Source: Verrucomicrobiota bacterium (GTDB taxonomy: Bacteria > Verrucomicrobiota > Verrucomicrobiia > Limisphaerales > Palsa-1400). Taken from it: 64,000 nt of DNA. Location of the stretch: the NCBI GenBank assembly GCA_049510745.1, contig JBEKYR010000019.1, positions 26,697 to 90,696 on the forward strand, in the 5' to 3' direction. The position numbers and the translations under genes were made by a program. Below are positions 20,045 to 30,374 of this stretch, in pieces (positions within the stretch are counted from its first letter, which is position 1; each line of letters begins with the position of its first letter). Under the pieces are notes generated by a model. The model was not told the DNA's origin. It ran no database searches and was given only the letters and a program-made list of their open reading frames with translations.

Positions 20045-20419
20045 ATGAGCATGTTCAAAGTGAGCGTCGTCGCGCGCAACACCAAAGACGAAAGTTTGAT
20101 CGCTCCGCCCGTCGAGGTGCCGGTGGACACCGGCTCCGAATTGACCTGGCTGCCCAAGGACCTGCTGTCTGGCATCAAGGTGTCGCCGGTGCGCAAACGC
20201 GGTTTTACCACCGCCACGAAACAACAGGTGACGCGCGAGACCGGCTACGCCATTGTCAGCGCCGAGGGTTTTGAAACGGTGGACGAAGTGGTTTTCGCGG
20301 AGTCGGGCGACATGACCCTGCTCGGCGTGAGAACTTTGGAGGGCTTTGGCGTCATGGTGGACAACATCGCCCATCGGTTTGTTGCCACCACGACGATCGT
20401 AGCCGTTGCCGGCCAGTGA
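20045..20419 (+). CDS. Clan AA (retropepsin-like) aspartic protease
   Basis: VDTGSELTWLP and LLGVRTLEGFG motifs. Confidence 0.85.
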   Translation: MSMFKVSVVARNTKDESLIAPPVEVPVDTGSELTWLPKDLLSGIKVSPVRKRGFTTATKQQVTRETGYAIVSAEGFETVDEVVFAESGDMTLLGVRTLEGFGVMVDNIAHRFVATTTIVAVAGQ

Positions 20420-23274
20420 AACCCTGCCCCGCTTTGGCTGCCGCGTTTTTGGCGGCGGTGGCCGCCTCGGTAACCGCGGCTCCGGCCCAAAGTTCGCTGG
20501 AAGATTGCTGGAATAATCCCCCCGTCGAAGCGCGCCTCCGGGCTTATTGGTGGTGGCTCAACGGCAATGTGACCAGGGAATCCATCACCCATGATCTGGA
20601 GGAGATGAAGGCCAAGGGGTTCGGCGGCGCCGTCATCTTTGACGCCAATGGCGCGAGCCAGGAAGGCAACGGCCCCGTGCCGCATGGCCCGACTTTTTTT
20701 ACCCCGGACTGGCGCGAACTTTACAAGCATACCCTGCGCGAGGCCGATCGGCTTGGCCTGGAAATCAGCCTCAATATCCAAAGCGGCTGGAATCTTGGGG
20801 GTCCCATCGTCAAGCGCGAGGATGCCGCCAAGGAATATGTCTGGTCCGAAACGAAGCTCACGGGCGGCGCGCGGATCGAGCAGCCTCTGCCTTCGCCCAG
20901 GGCGCGGCAACATTTTTACCGGGACACTTTTGTCGTCGCTTATTCCCTCAAGGCCGGCGCGATTGCGGCCAAGCCGTTGCAGAATTGGAAGCAGAAGGCG
21001 TTGCAGGCGCCGCTCCAGCCGTTTTCGACGCCGGATTCGTCGCCGTTGTTTGCCGAAATCGCGGCCACGCCGGGCGAGGAAGACGCGCGCACGGTGGGTG
21101 TGGTTGATTTGACCGGAAAGCTCGGCGCCGATGGCGTGTTGCGCTGGGACGCGCCGCCGGGCCAATGGCAGGTCTTGCGTTTCGGCTACACGATAGGCGC
21201 CCATGCTGAGGTTTCGACTTCCAGCGAGGGGTGGAATGGCTACGCCCTCGATGTCTATGACGCGGGCGCGTTTGAGCGTTACTGGGAGGCGATTGTCGAG
21301 CCGCTCATTGCCGATGCCGGGCCGCTGGCGGGCCGCACTTTGAAGTATCTGCACACGGACAGTTGGGAAATCGAACTGGCCAACTGGACGCCGGCGTTGC
21401 GCGGGGAATTTCAGAAGCGGCGCGGTTATGACCTGGCGCCGTGGCTGCCGGCGCTGGCGGGGCGGATTGTCAACAGCCGCGATGAGAGCGACCGTTTCCT
21501 GGCCGATTACCGCAAGACGCTGGGCGACCTGGCCATCGACAATCATTACCGTTTGTTCTGCGACAAGGCCCACCAGCACGGCCTGCTGATTCATCCCGAA
21601 TCCGGCGGGCCGCACGCGGTGCCCATCGACGCGCAACGATGCCTGGGCTGGGACGACGCGCCGATGAGCGAATTCTGGGCGTGGTCGTGGGAGCACCGCA
21701 TTGGCGACGAGAACCGCTTTTTCATCAAGCAACCGGCCAGCGCGGCGCACACTTACGGGCACAGGCTGGTCTTCGCCGAGGGATTCACCGACATCGGGCC
21801 GCACTGGCAGGAATCGATCTGGTCCAATCTCAAGCCGTCGTTTGACAAGGCGTTGTGCGAAGGTTTGAACGTGCTGGTGTGGCACGCCTTTGTTTGTTCG
21901 CCGGACGACACCGGCATCCCCGGCCAGCAGTATTTTGCCGGCACGCACCTCAATCCCAAGGTGACGTGGTGGGGGAAGTCGCAGGCCTTTTTCAGCTACA
22001 TCAACCGCTGCCAGGCCCTGTTGCAACAGGGCCTGCCCTTCGCCGACGTGCTTTATTATTATGGCGACCACGTCCCGAATTTCGCCCAGTTGAAAAAATC
22101 CGATCCTGCGAAAATTCTGCCCGGCTACGACTACGACGTGATCACCGAGGAGGCGCTGCTGACGCGCGCCGGCGCGCGCGACGGACAAATCGTCCTGCCC
22201 GACGGCATGAGCTACCGCATTCTGGCGCTGCCAAACAGGAACTCGCTCTCGCTGCCGGTGCTGCGGAAGTTGAAGGAACTGGTGGCGGCGGGGGCCACGG
22301 TCATCGGCCCGCTGCCCGCCGAAGCCAGCGGACTGCAGAATTATCCAAAGAGCGATGAAACGTTGAAGGGGCTGGCGGGCGAGTTGTATGGCGGCAGCGG
22401 CATCATCACCAATCAAACCGCGCGGCAGGTCCTGCTGGCCAAGGGCCTGGCGCCGGATTTTGAATGGACGGCCAGCAGCGAGACCGGCGCGAAGCCGGAA
22501 ATCGATTTCATCCATCGCACGGCCGCCGGGGCGGAGATTTATTTTGTGGCCAATCGTTCCAGCAACGCGGTGGCGCTGGACTGCTCCTTCCGCCTGCATG
22601 GCCTGGCGCCGGAATTGTGGGACGCAGTCAGCGGCGAACACCATTTCGCGGCGGCTTACGCCGAAAAGGCCGGACGCACGACGCTGCCGCTCCATTTGGA
22701 TCCGTGCGGCTCGATGTTCGTCGTTTTCCGCCAAGCGGCGGCGCAGGCCCCGCCCGCGGCGTCCGGCAACTGGCCCGAACTGGCGGTGATGAGCGAGCTT
22801 TCCGGCCCGTGGACGGTCCACTTTGACGCGCATTGGGGCGGGCCGGAGTCGGCGCAATTTGACAAACTGGAGAGTTGGACGGCGCGCGCCGAACCCGGCA
22901 TCAAGTATTATTCCGGCACGGCGGTTTATGTGAAAACTTTCAATCTGCCTGATTCAAAACTCAAAACTCAAAACTCAAAATTGTTTTTGGACTTGGGCGA
23001 CGTGCGCGAACTGGCCGGGGTCAAAGTCAACGGCCGCTCCTGCGGCATCGTCTGGACGCCGCCGTTCCGGGTGGACATCACCGGCGCGGTCAAGCCGGGG
23101 GAGAACGCGCTGGAAATCGAGGCGGTGAACTTTTGGCCCAACCGGATCATTGGCGATCAATCCCTGCCGCCAAACGCGCGGTTCACCCGGACGAACATCC
23201 GGCGATTAAGGAAAACCACGCCCCTGATGGAGTCCGGCCTGCTCGGCCCCGTCCGGCTGCTCTCGGAAAAGTAG
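20416..23274 (+). CDS. Glycoside hydrolase, GH106 (alpha-L-rhamnosidase-like)
   Basis: YWWWLNGNVT, SGWNLGGP, HTDSWE, PMSEFW, AEGFT and C-terminal SGLLGPV; signal peptide. Confidence 0.85.
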   Translation: MKPCPALAAAFLAAVAASVTAAPAQSSLEDCWNNPPVEARLRAYWWWLNGNVTRESITHDLEEMKAKGFGGAVIFDANGASQEGNGPVPHGPTFFTPDWRELYKHTLREADRLGLEISLNIQSGWNLGGPIVKREDAAKEYVWSETKLTGGARIEQPLPSPRARQHFYRDTFVVAYSLKAGAIAAKPLQNWKQKALQAPLQPFSTPDSSPLFAEIAATPGEEDARTVGVVDLTGKLGADGVLRWDAPPGQWQVLRFGYTIGAHAEVSTSSEGWNGYALDVYDAGAFERYWEAIVEPLIADAGPLAGRTLKYLHTDSWEIELANWTPALRGEFQKRRGYDLAPWLPALAGRIVNSRDESDRFLADYRKTLGDLAIDNHYRLFCDKAHQHGLLIHPESGGPHAVPIDAQRCLGWDDAPMSEFWAWSWEHRIGDENRFFIKQPASAAHTYGHRLVFAEGFTDIGPHWQESIWSNLKPSFDKALCEGLNVLVWHAFVCSPDDTGIPGQQYFAGTHLNPKVTWWGKSQAFFSYINRCQALLQQGLPFADVLYYYGDHVPNFAQLKKSDPAKILPGYDYDVITEEALLTRAGARDGQIVLPDGMSYRILALPNRNSLSLPVLRKLKELVAAGATVIGPLPAEASGLQNYPKSDETLKGLAGELYGGSGIITNQTARQVLLAKGLAPDFEWTASSETGAKPEIDFIHRTAAGAEIYFVANRSSNAVALDCSFRLHGLAPELWDAVSGEHHFAAAYAEKAGRTTLPLHLDPCGSMFVVFRQAAAQAPPAASGNWPELAVMSELSGPWTVHFDAHWGGPESAQFDKLESWTARAEPGIKYYSGTAVYVKTFNLPDSKLKTQNSKLFLDLGDVRELAGVKVNGRSCGIVWTPPFRVDITGAVKPGENALEIEAVNFWPNRIIGDQSLPPNARFTRTNIRRLRKTTPLMESGLLGPVRLLSEK
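22954..22980 (+). repeat. Intragenic heptamer tandem repeat (TCAAAAC)x~4
   Basis: Read directly; encodes SKLKTQNSK. Confidence 0.9.
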
Positions 23275-23489
23275 AAGGAGCGAAGCCGGCTTCACACCGG
23301 CGTCATTGAGAACTCGACCAATCTCACCAGTTGGAGCATCCTCGCGCCGCTGTCGGTGACAAATGTTTCCGACCCGGGCAATGCCTGGTTGCTCCAGGCG
23401 AATTCTCCGGCGCAGTCCGCACCGGAGTATTTTCGGATTCACTAGATGTGGCCCGGCCTTTGAAATCCGGGATCAAGAAGCAGTCAAAT

Positions 23490-24965
23490 ATGAAAAACTC
23501 CGTTCGACGCAAAGTTGGCGCCGACCTGCACCGGAGCGTCACGCCCGCGGTGCGAGTCGGCCTTTTCGGTATTGGGCTGGACGCTTACTGGCCGCAGTTC
23601 CCCGGGTTAAAGCGGCGGCTGGAGAGCTATCTGGCCGTGGTGGAGAATCAATTAAAGCGGCCCGGCGTCAAGCTGATCAATCTCGGTCTGATCGATACGC
23701 CGGCCAAAGCCCTGGAGGCCGGGCACCGGTTCCGGCGGGAGGACGTGGATTTGATTTTCCTGCACGTGACCACTTACGCGCTTTCGGCCACAGTGCTGCC
23801 GGTGGTGCAACGGGCCAAAGTGCCCGTGATTGTTCTCAATTTGCAGCCGGCGGCGGCCATTGACTACGCCGCGTTCAACAAAATGGGCGACCGCGCGGCC
23901 ATGACCGCCGAATGGCTGGCCCACTGCGCCGCCTGCCCCGTGCCGGAAATCGCCAACGTCTTCCAACGCTGCGGCATCCGTTTTCACCAGGTGACCGGAA
24001 TGTTGCGCGACGACCCGGCCTGCTGGAACGAAATCGCAAGCTGGATCGACGCCGCGCAGACGGCCCGCGTCATGGCCCACAATCGCCTGGGGGTGATGGG
24101 GCACTACTACGGCGGCATGCTCGATCTTTATTCCGACTTGACTCAGCAATGCGCCGTTTTTGGCGGGCACATCGAAATGATCGAGGTGGACGAATTGGCG
24201 GCCTTGCGGCGCAAGGTCAGCGGAAGCCAGATCGCGGCGCGGGTGGCGAAGTTTCACCGGCTGTTTGACGTTCAACCGGATTGTCCGGCCGAGGAATTGC
24301 GGCGGGCAGCCCGCACGTCGGTCGCATTGGATCGGCTGGTGCAGGCGCATGATCTGGGTTCCCTGGCCTACTACTACATGGGCGAGGGCAACGCGGAGAA
24401 CGAGGATGCGATCAGCTCCATCATCCTCGGCAACTCGCTCCTGACGGCGCGCGGCATCCCGGTGGCCGGCGAGTACGAAATCAAAAACGCGCAGGCGATG
24501 AAGATCATGGACAGCTTTGGCGCGGGCGGGTCCTTCACCGAATACTACGCCCTGGATTTCACCGACGACGTGGTTTTGATGGGGCACGACGGACCCGGCC
24601 ACATCGCCATCGCCGAGGGCAAGACCAAAGTGCGCCCCCTGGGGATTTTCCATGGCAAAGTGGGCCGGGGACTGTCCGTGGAAATGTCGGTCAAACACGG
24701 GCCGGTCACGCTCCTTTCGGTGGTGCAAAGCGGGGATGGGCGGCTGAAACTCTTGTCCGCCCACGCCGAATCGGTGCCGGGTCCGATCCTGGAAATCGGC
24801 AACACCAACAGCCGTTATCGCTTTCCGCCGGGGGCGCGGGAATTTGTCAATCGCTGGAACTCGCACGGCCCGGCCCATCATTGCGCGGTGGGAGTCGGGC
24901 ACATTGGGGACAAGATCGACAAACTCGCCTCGCTCCTGGGCATTGAATCGGTGCGCGTGTGTTGA
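23490..24965 (+). CDS. L-arabinose/L-fucose isomerase family protein
   Basis: YWPQF, AGEYE, MGHDGPGH, GNTNSR and HHCAVGVGH motifs. Confidence 0.85.
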   Translation: MKNSVRRKVGADLHRSVTPAVRVGLFGIGLDAYWPQFPGLKRRLESYLAVVENQLKRPGVKLINLGLIDTPAKALEAGHRFRREDVDLIFLHVTTYALSATVLPVVQRAKVPVIVLNLQPAAAIDYAAFNKMGDRAAMTAEWLAHCAACPVPEIANVFQRCGIRFHQVTGMLRDDPACWNEIASWIDAAQTARVMAHNRLGVMGHYYGGMLDLYSDLTQQCAVFGGHIEMIEVDELAALRRKVSGSQIAARVAKFHRLFDVQPDCPAEELRRAARTSVALDRLVQAHDLGSLAYYYMGEGNAENEDAISSIILGNSLLTARGIPVAGEYEIKNAQAMKIMDSFGAGGSFTEYYALDFTDDVVLMGHDGPGHIAIAEGKTKVRPLGIFHGKVGRGLSVEMSVKHGPVTLLSVVQSGDGRLKLLSAHAESVPGPILEIGNTNSRYRFPPGAREFVNRWNSHGPAHHCAVGVGHIGDKIDKLASLLGIESVRVC

Positions 24966-25076
24966 ATTAAAGTCCCGGCTGTGTTTCCTAAAGTTTTTCC
25001 GCCGCCCGTCCGATGCCAAAGCGGGACGGTGATGCTCTCGCGCCGTCCGGCATGACACGAAGCGGGGGTTTACCGA

Positions 25077-26702
25077 ATGAAGAAACAGATTTGTTTCGCC
25101 GGCTTTGCCGAGGCGGAAGTGGCCGCGTTGCAGCCTGCGCTCGCGGCGCTGGGGGGCGCGTGGGAGTGCGTGTTTTCACCCGACGCGGCCTCGGCGCTGG
25201 CGGCGCTGGCGGCGGCTCACTTCGACGCGGCGGTGGCCAACTTGAGCCAGGGCGGAATCAACGATGCGGAACTCCTGCAGCAGGCCGCCGTCCGGCATCC
25301 GCGCACGTTGCGGTTTGTGCTGGGAAACGTTGCGGATCGGGAACTCATTGTCAATTGCATGGGCGCCGCCCATCAGTTCATTTCCAGGCCCTGGAAGCCC
25401 GCGGAGCTGGTTTCCATCATTGAGCGCAGCCTGGCCCTGGATGCCTGGCTCTCCAACGACAAATTGCGTTCGTTTGTGCCGCGGCTGGGAAAGCTTCCCG
25501 GCCTGCCGGCCACCTACTTTGAGGTCCTCAAACGAGCCGAGTCCCCCCATTCCAGCGTCGAGAGCATCGCCGAAGTCATCGCCCGCGATCCGGCCCTGAC
25601 GGCGCGGCTGCTGCAAATGGTCAACTCCCCCGCTTGCGGCTTGACCGAAATCATCACCAGTCCGGCCGAGGCGGTTTCCATGTTGGGATTGGAAACGGTC
25701 AAATCCCTTGTCCTCTGTTTGCAGTTGTTCGCCTACTCCGCTCCGGCGCAGGGGGCGAGCCTTTCGCTGGACCAACTTTGGCGCCACAGTTTCCGCGTGG
25801 CCAAACTCGCCTCCAAGATCGTCCTGCGCTGCATCGCCAGCGAGCGCATGGCCAGCGACGCCTACACGGCCGGTCTGCTCCACAACATCGGGCAAATCGT
25901 TCTGGCCACGAATCTTTCCCGCGAATACTCCGCCGTGGTCGAAGCCGCCCGCAACCGACAGTGCCCGTTGCAGGAAGCGGAATTGGAACAACTGGGCGTG
26001 ACCAGCAATCAGGTCGGAGCCTATCTGCTGGGTTTGTGGGGCATGCCTCTGCCGCTGGTGGAAGCCACGGCCCTCCATCATGCCCCCGCTTCGGCACTGT
26101 CAATTGAATTCTCGATGGTCACCGTCGTCCATGTCGCCAATGTCCTGGCCCACGAGGAAAACGGGCGCGTCAACGGACTGCCCCTTCCGAAACTGGACGC
26201 CGATTACCTGGCCACGCTGGAATTGCCAAAAAAGACCGACGCCTGGCGCAAACTCCTCGCCGCCGCCCCGCCGCTCAACGAGTCCGGTGGGGAGACTCGC
26301 GCCGCGCGCCGCGCGCCCGCAGCGGCGCCCGCGCAAAAAGAGGGCGCGCGCCCGGCCGGCAAGCTCCTCGTGGTTGCGGGGATCGCCGCGATCCTTGTGG
26401 CTGGCGTGGCGCTAAGGCGGAATGTCGTTCCCGTCCCGCAGCCAGCCGCTCCCGCGGTCGCGGCGGAACTTTCGGCATCGCCGGGAGGAACCGAACCGAC
26501 CAAACCGTCCACGGACGCGTCACCGTTTAATTCGATCACCGTCCAAAGTATTCTTTATAGTGCCGGGCACCCGGTCGCGCTGATCAACGGCCAGGCCCTC
26601 GATGTCGGAGAGCGCATCAACGGCGTGCAAGTCATCTCGATAGAACCCTCCAACGTGGTCCTGGCCTGCAACGGCGAACAGAAAACGTTCAGGCTAAAGT
26701 GA
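25077..26702 (+). CDS. Degenerate receiver + HDOD + TM + small C-terminal T2SS GspB/C-like domain
   Basis: DPALTARLLQMVNS, LWRHS, AGLLHNIG and LLGLWGMP (HDOD); C-terminal VQSILYS...ALING...VGERING. Confidence 0.8.
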   Translation: MKKQICFAGFAEAEVAALQPALAALGGAWECVFSPDAASALAALAAAHFDAAVANLSQGGINDAELLQQAAVRHPRTLRFVLGNVADRELIVNCMGAAHQFISRPWKPAELVSIIERSLALDAWLSNDKLRSFVPRLGKLPGLPATYFEVLKRAESPHSSVESIAEVIARDPALTARLLQMVNSPACGLTEIITSPAEAVSMLGLETVKSLVLCLQLFAYSAPAQGASLSLDQLWRHSFRVAKLASKIVLRCIASERMASDAYTAGLLHNIGQIVLATNLSREYSAVVEAARNRQCPLQEAELEQLGVTSNQVGAYLLGLWGMPLPLVEATALHHAPASALSIEFSMVTVVHVANVLAHEENGRVNGLPLPKLDADYLATLELPKKTDAWRKLLAAAPPLNESGGETRAARRAPAAAPAQKEGARPAGKLLVVAGIAAILVAGVALRRNVVPVPQPAAPAVAAELSASPGGTEPTKPSTDASPFNSITVQSILYSAGHPVALINGQALDVGERINGVQVISIEPSNVVLACNGEQKTFRLK

Positions 26703-27053
26703 TTTAGCCACCTTGGGCGCAATGAACACATAGACAAGCAGTTGCAGAATTTGTGGGCCAGCAAATTGTCTGATCTTTCGGCACGATCATCCCTGTCGGT
26801 TAATTCTTCGGTAGGGCGGAGTTGCTGCTCGGGAGCACGACAAAAAACTTCGCTTGGCCGAATTCATTGGGGATTTGGCAGAATAGTGTATGCGGTCCAA
26901 ATATACTCCCCCTTGGACGGCCAACCTAATAGAGGAAACCAGCCTTTTCGCGCAGAGGCGCAGAGCGCGCAGAGAAAAACTGTTTTCTTACTCCCTCTCT
27001 GCGCCCTTTGCAGTGCTATGTCGGGGAGTTTTGCTTTTTTAACAAAATTTTCC

Positions 27054-27140
27054 GACAGGATGAACAAGATGAACAGGATGAAGATGGAAATTCTCTTTTC
27101 TGAATCTGTTCTCAATCCTGTTCATCCTGTTCATCCTGTC
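27054..27140. repeat. Palindromic element: 26-bp inverted arms built from 9-mer tandem units
   Basis: GACAGGATGAACAAGATGAACAGGAT ... ATCCTGTTCATCCTGTTCATCCTGTC (1 mismatch). Confidence 0.9.
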
Positions 27141-27447
27141 CGTCTTTTTTTGGTTGCGGCTGCCGCGCTGGGCCTCTGTGCGAGTATTCCCACTCGGAGC
27201 GTTGTCACGCACCGGGGACGCTTCATTCCCTGGTCGGCACAACACGAAGAAATTTGTCCTGCTGTTGCGCCCATTCTCTCTTTCTTTGCGCTCCTTGATC
27301 TTTGCGGTAATCCTCACTTGCCTCCGAGTTCAATTTCGTGACCCAAGCAATGGCCAGCCGGGCAGCAAAACATGCCGAGCTGGACAAGGTGCTCGTCGGT
27401 AAGGCACTTTCCAAATGGATCAAAACTCAAACCACGAATATAAATAA

Positions 27448-27783
27448 ATGAATATGAACAGCACCGAAAAACTCGCTGAACTCCGGGCACTCCAAGCCAA
27501 AGCTGACGTCATCCGCCAAGAACTCGGAATCAGTCCGCGGGGCCAATTGCTATTTCTGGCAACTCCAGATGCCATCTCCGCCGACGTGGTTGTCGTTGAA
27601 CCCGACGGATTTGGTGGCGCAACAACAAGCGTTGTTGAGGGCAACTACCCAGTGGATTACGTTACGAAGTTTGAGAGGACTTTCCCGACTGAGGAAGAAG
27701 CTGTCGCGACCGCCGAAGCTCTGGCCTTCCAAGGCGCCAGCGCAAGCCAGGTCCTCGGCGCTCTTGCAGAGTCCGTTATTTGA
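27448..27783 (+). CDS. Hypothetical protein
   Basis: 111-aa ORF after an AT-rich leader; its 3' end overlaps the convergent nuclease gene. Confidence 0.55.
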   Translation: MNMNSTEKLAELRALQAKADVIRQELGISPRGQLLFLATPDAISADVVVVEPDGFGGATTSVVEGNYPVDYVTKFERTFPTEEEAVATAEALAFQGASASQVLGALAESVI

Positions 27784-28708
27784 GGACGCTCGCATACTCT
27801 CGCCGAAACTCATCATATACTATGCGCAGCACCTTTTCGCGGTCTTCTTCGTCGTCAAATTGCTGGCCGAGCTTCATCAATTCAGCTTTCGAAATCGACT
27901 GAATCTTCATGTTGATGAGGAATTCCTTGAACTCTTGCCTGATGTCATCAATGACGAGAATGACGTTTCCATCCTCAAGTCGCTGCCGGTCGAAATTGGC
28001 CTGAAGTTCTGACACGATGGCATTGCACGTCTTCTGGCTTTCGACACGCAATTTCTTGATTTGATAAACCACCCCAAAATTGGTGGAAATGTCCACTCCC
28101 TTGTCATGGGCCGCGGCTCGTGAATCTCGATAAATTTTGCAGGCAAACTTTTCAAGGTGAACGCGTAAGACTGCGAAACAGATGTACTCGAAGTTAGCGG
28201 GATTGATCTCAATATTCTGCTCCAAAAGCTTCAGGAACGCATCCCGGTCTGCGGCAAGTTGCGCGCGGAACTTCTTGTCCTCAAGCTTCGGAATCTCTCC
28301 GAGACGGCCGGCGATGTATTTTTGGATGTTTGATTCCATCCAGGGAATCAATTCACGGGCAAATAGTGTGTAAGGAGCGAGCAACTCGTAGCCTTCGTCG
28401 AGAGGCTTGAGAACTCGATACTTTGGAAGGGTGCGCCTTGAATACGCATCCTCCCATTTCGCGCCGAAATGGAGCGAATGTCCCATGAAGTTCTTCAAGT
28501 AGCGGACTGCATCCGCGTAAGCTGACTGCGTCTCCGCTTCTGAGAACTTGGTCTTTCCCGTAGCTTGATGAACTTGGAGGAGGCCGAGAGTCAGTGTTGG
28601 CGCGATGACCTTTGTCTTTGAGCGTTTTAACATTAACGAGAACTCGCGCTGACAATCAGCGAGACCTGTCACTTCCGACCTCTTTTTGGCCTTTATCTGG
28701 TTCGCCAT
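27776..28708 (-). CDS. Putative restriction-type PD-(D/E)xK endonuclease (reminiscent of HaeII family/Mrr)
   Basis: NFEYICFAVL...AHDKGVDI...YQIKK catalytic-type motif; lower GC. Confidence 0.65.
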   Translation of the reverse strand: MANQIKAKKRSEVTGLADCQREFSLMLKRSKTKVIAPTLTLGLLQVHQATGKTKFSEAETQSAYADAVRYLKNFMGHSLHFGAKWEDAYSRRTLPKYRVLKPLDEGYELLAPYTLFARELIPWMESNIQKYIAGRLGEIPKLEDKKFRAQLAADRDAFLKLLEQNIEINPANFEYICFAVLRVHLEKFACKIYRDSRAAAHDKGVDISTNFGVVYQIKKLRVESQKTCNAIVSELQANFDRQRLEDGNVILVIDDIRQEFKEFLINMKIQSISKAELMKLGQQFDDEEDREKVLRIVYDEFRREYASVLK

Positions 28709-29098
28709 ATGAAACAAGCTTACGCAGCAATTCTCCGTTCTGCGAGCAAATTGCCATTGCCGAAAATGGCTCGAGGTGCGAATCTCAGCCTCCCGAATCG
28801 TTCAAGCGACATTGGGGTAGCTTTTTCATCATCAGCCGGGCCTGCAGCAGTCCTTTTTCGCCGCAATTTCATTACGACCCCGCCAAATCTCACGCCAAAA
28901 AAACATCGCGCTTTTCCTTCCGTAGGTTTTGCGACTTGACTGAACTGTGCTGAAATCGGGCCATGATACGTTCAATGTCCAAAGGAACGGAGGGTGCCGG
29001 TGTGATGCGCTGGCGCCCCGCCGACCGGCATTCAGCCGAACCGCGAAGCGGCAAAAATTGCCGGTTCGGATCGCGTCCGACCAAGCCTCGGTCAAGGA

Positions 29099-29138
29099 AA
29101 ATCAAACCAAATCAGACTAAATCAGACTAAATCAAACC
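29099..29138 (+). repeat. Decamer tandem repeat (AAATCARACY)x4 followed by a G-tract
   Basis: Read directly in the intergenic region upstream of proB. Confidence 0.85.
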
Positions 29139-29300
29139 CCAGAACAACAGGGGGAGGGGGGGGCCAAACCCAGCGGTCAAGCCTGGTCAAATCAAGCCAC
29201 AGGGGTGGTCCAATCCGTGCCCGTCCATCCAGTCCATTCATTTGCTCATTCCCAAACTTGTAACTTTGGCCCGTTCACGGCATCCTTTCCCCGAAACGCA

Positions 29301-30374
29301 ATGCACCGTGCTTCGCTAAAAAATGCCACTCGCATCGTGGTCAAACTCGGCACCGGCGTCCTGACCGACAGCCGGAAGCAGCCGGATTTGAACCAATTGA
29401 CCCAGTTGGTCGCGCAGATCGCCGGCGTTCGCGCCCAGGGGAAACAGGTGGTCATCGTCAGCTCGGGCGCTGTGGGCGCGGGAATGGGGGTCCTGGGCTT
29501 TGAGAAACGGCCGGCGGACCTTTCCGCCTTGCAGGCCTGCGCGGCGGTCGGACAGCCGCGGTTGATGGGGATGTACGAAAAGCTCTTTGGCGAGGCGGGG
29601 TGCGGGGTGGCGCAGGTTTTGTTGACGCATAACGATCTCGAGCATCACGAGTGCCATCTCAACGCCCGCAACACCCTGGTCACGCTCCTGCGTCACGGAG
29701 TCGTGCCGATCATCAATGAAAATGACGCGATCTCATTTACGGAATTGAAATTCGGCGACAATGACAAACTGTCCGCGTTGGTCGCGTGCCTTTTGCCCGC
29801 TGACGCGCTGATTATTTTGACGACCGTCGATGGGTTGATCGAGAATTTCGGGAAAGCCAATCCCCGCACCATCAGCGTCGTCCAAAACCTGGACGCGACA
29901 GTGGAAAAGATGGCCCGGGGAACCGACAGCGCGACGGCGGTGGGCGGGATGGCGTCGAAATTGCAGGCGGCCAAGATGGTGGTGCGCGCCGGGATTCCGC
30001 TGATCATCGCTTCGGGCAAAAAGAAGAGCGTGCTGGCGCGGATTTTGGAGGGCCAGGATGAGGGGACGATGTTTGTCGCCCACCCGGCGAAGTTGGCGGG
30101 GCGCAAGCGCTGGATTGCTTTTTTCCATCATACCAAAGGCGCGCTGTTTGTGGATGACGGCGCGAAAAAGGCGTTGCGCGAGAACGGCAGGAGCCTGCTG
30201 CCGCCGGGCGTGGCGCGGTGCGAGGGGGATTTCGCCGCCGGCGAGGTGGTGCGCATCTGCGATCTCGACGGCACCGAGTTTGCGCGGGGCATTTGCGATT
30301 TTGATTCCGGTGTCGTCAGCGCGCGCCAGACCCGGGAAGTTTTGGTGCATCGGGACAACCTCGTCATCTTGTGA
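29301..30374 (+). CDS. proB: Glutamate 5-kinase
   Basis: RIVVKLGT, VSSGAV, PIINEND, FGDNDKLSA, GGMASK and a PUA domain. Confidence 0.95.
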   Translation: MHRASLKNATRIVVKLGTGVLTDSRKQPDLNQLTQLVAQIAGVRAQGKQVVIVSSGAVGAGMGVLGFEKRPADLSALQACAAVGQPRLMGMYEKLFGEAGCGVAQVLLTHNDLEHHECHLNARNTLVTLLRHGVVPIINENDAISFTELKFGDNDKLSALVACLLPADALIILTTVDGLIENFGKANPRTISVVQNLDATVEKMARGTDSATAVGGMASKLQAAKMVVRAGIPLIIASGKKKSVLARILEGQDEGTMFVAHPAKLAGRKRWIAFFHHTKGALFVDDGAKKALRENGRSLLPPGVARCEGDFAAGEVVRICDLDGTEFARGICDFDSGVVSARQTREVLVHRDNLVIL

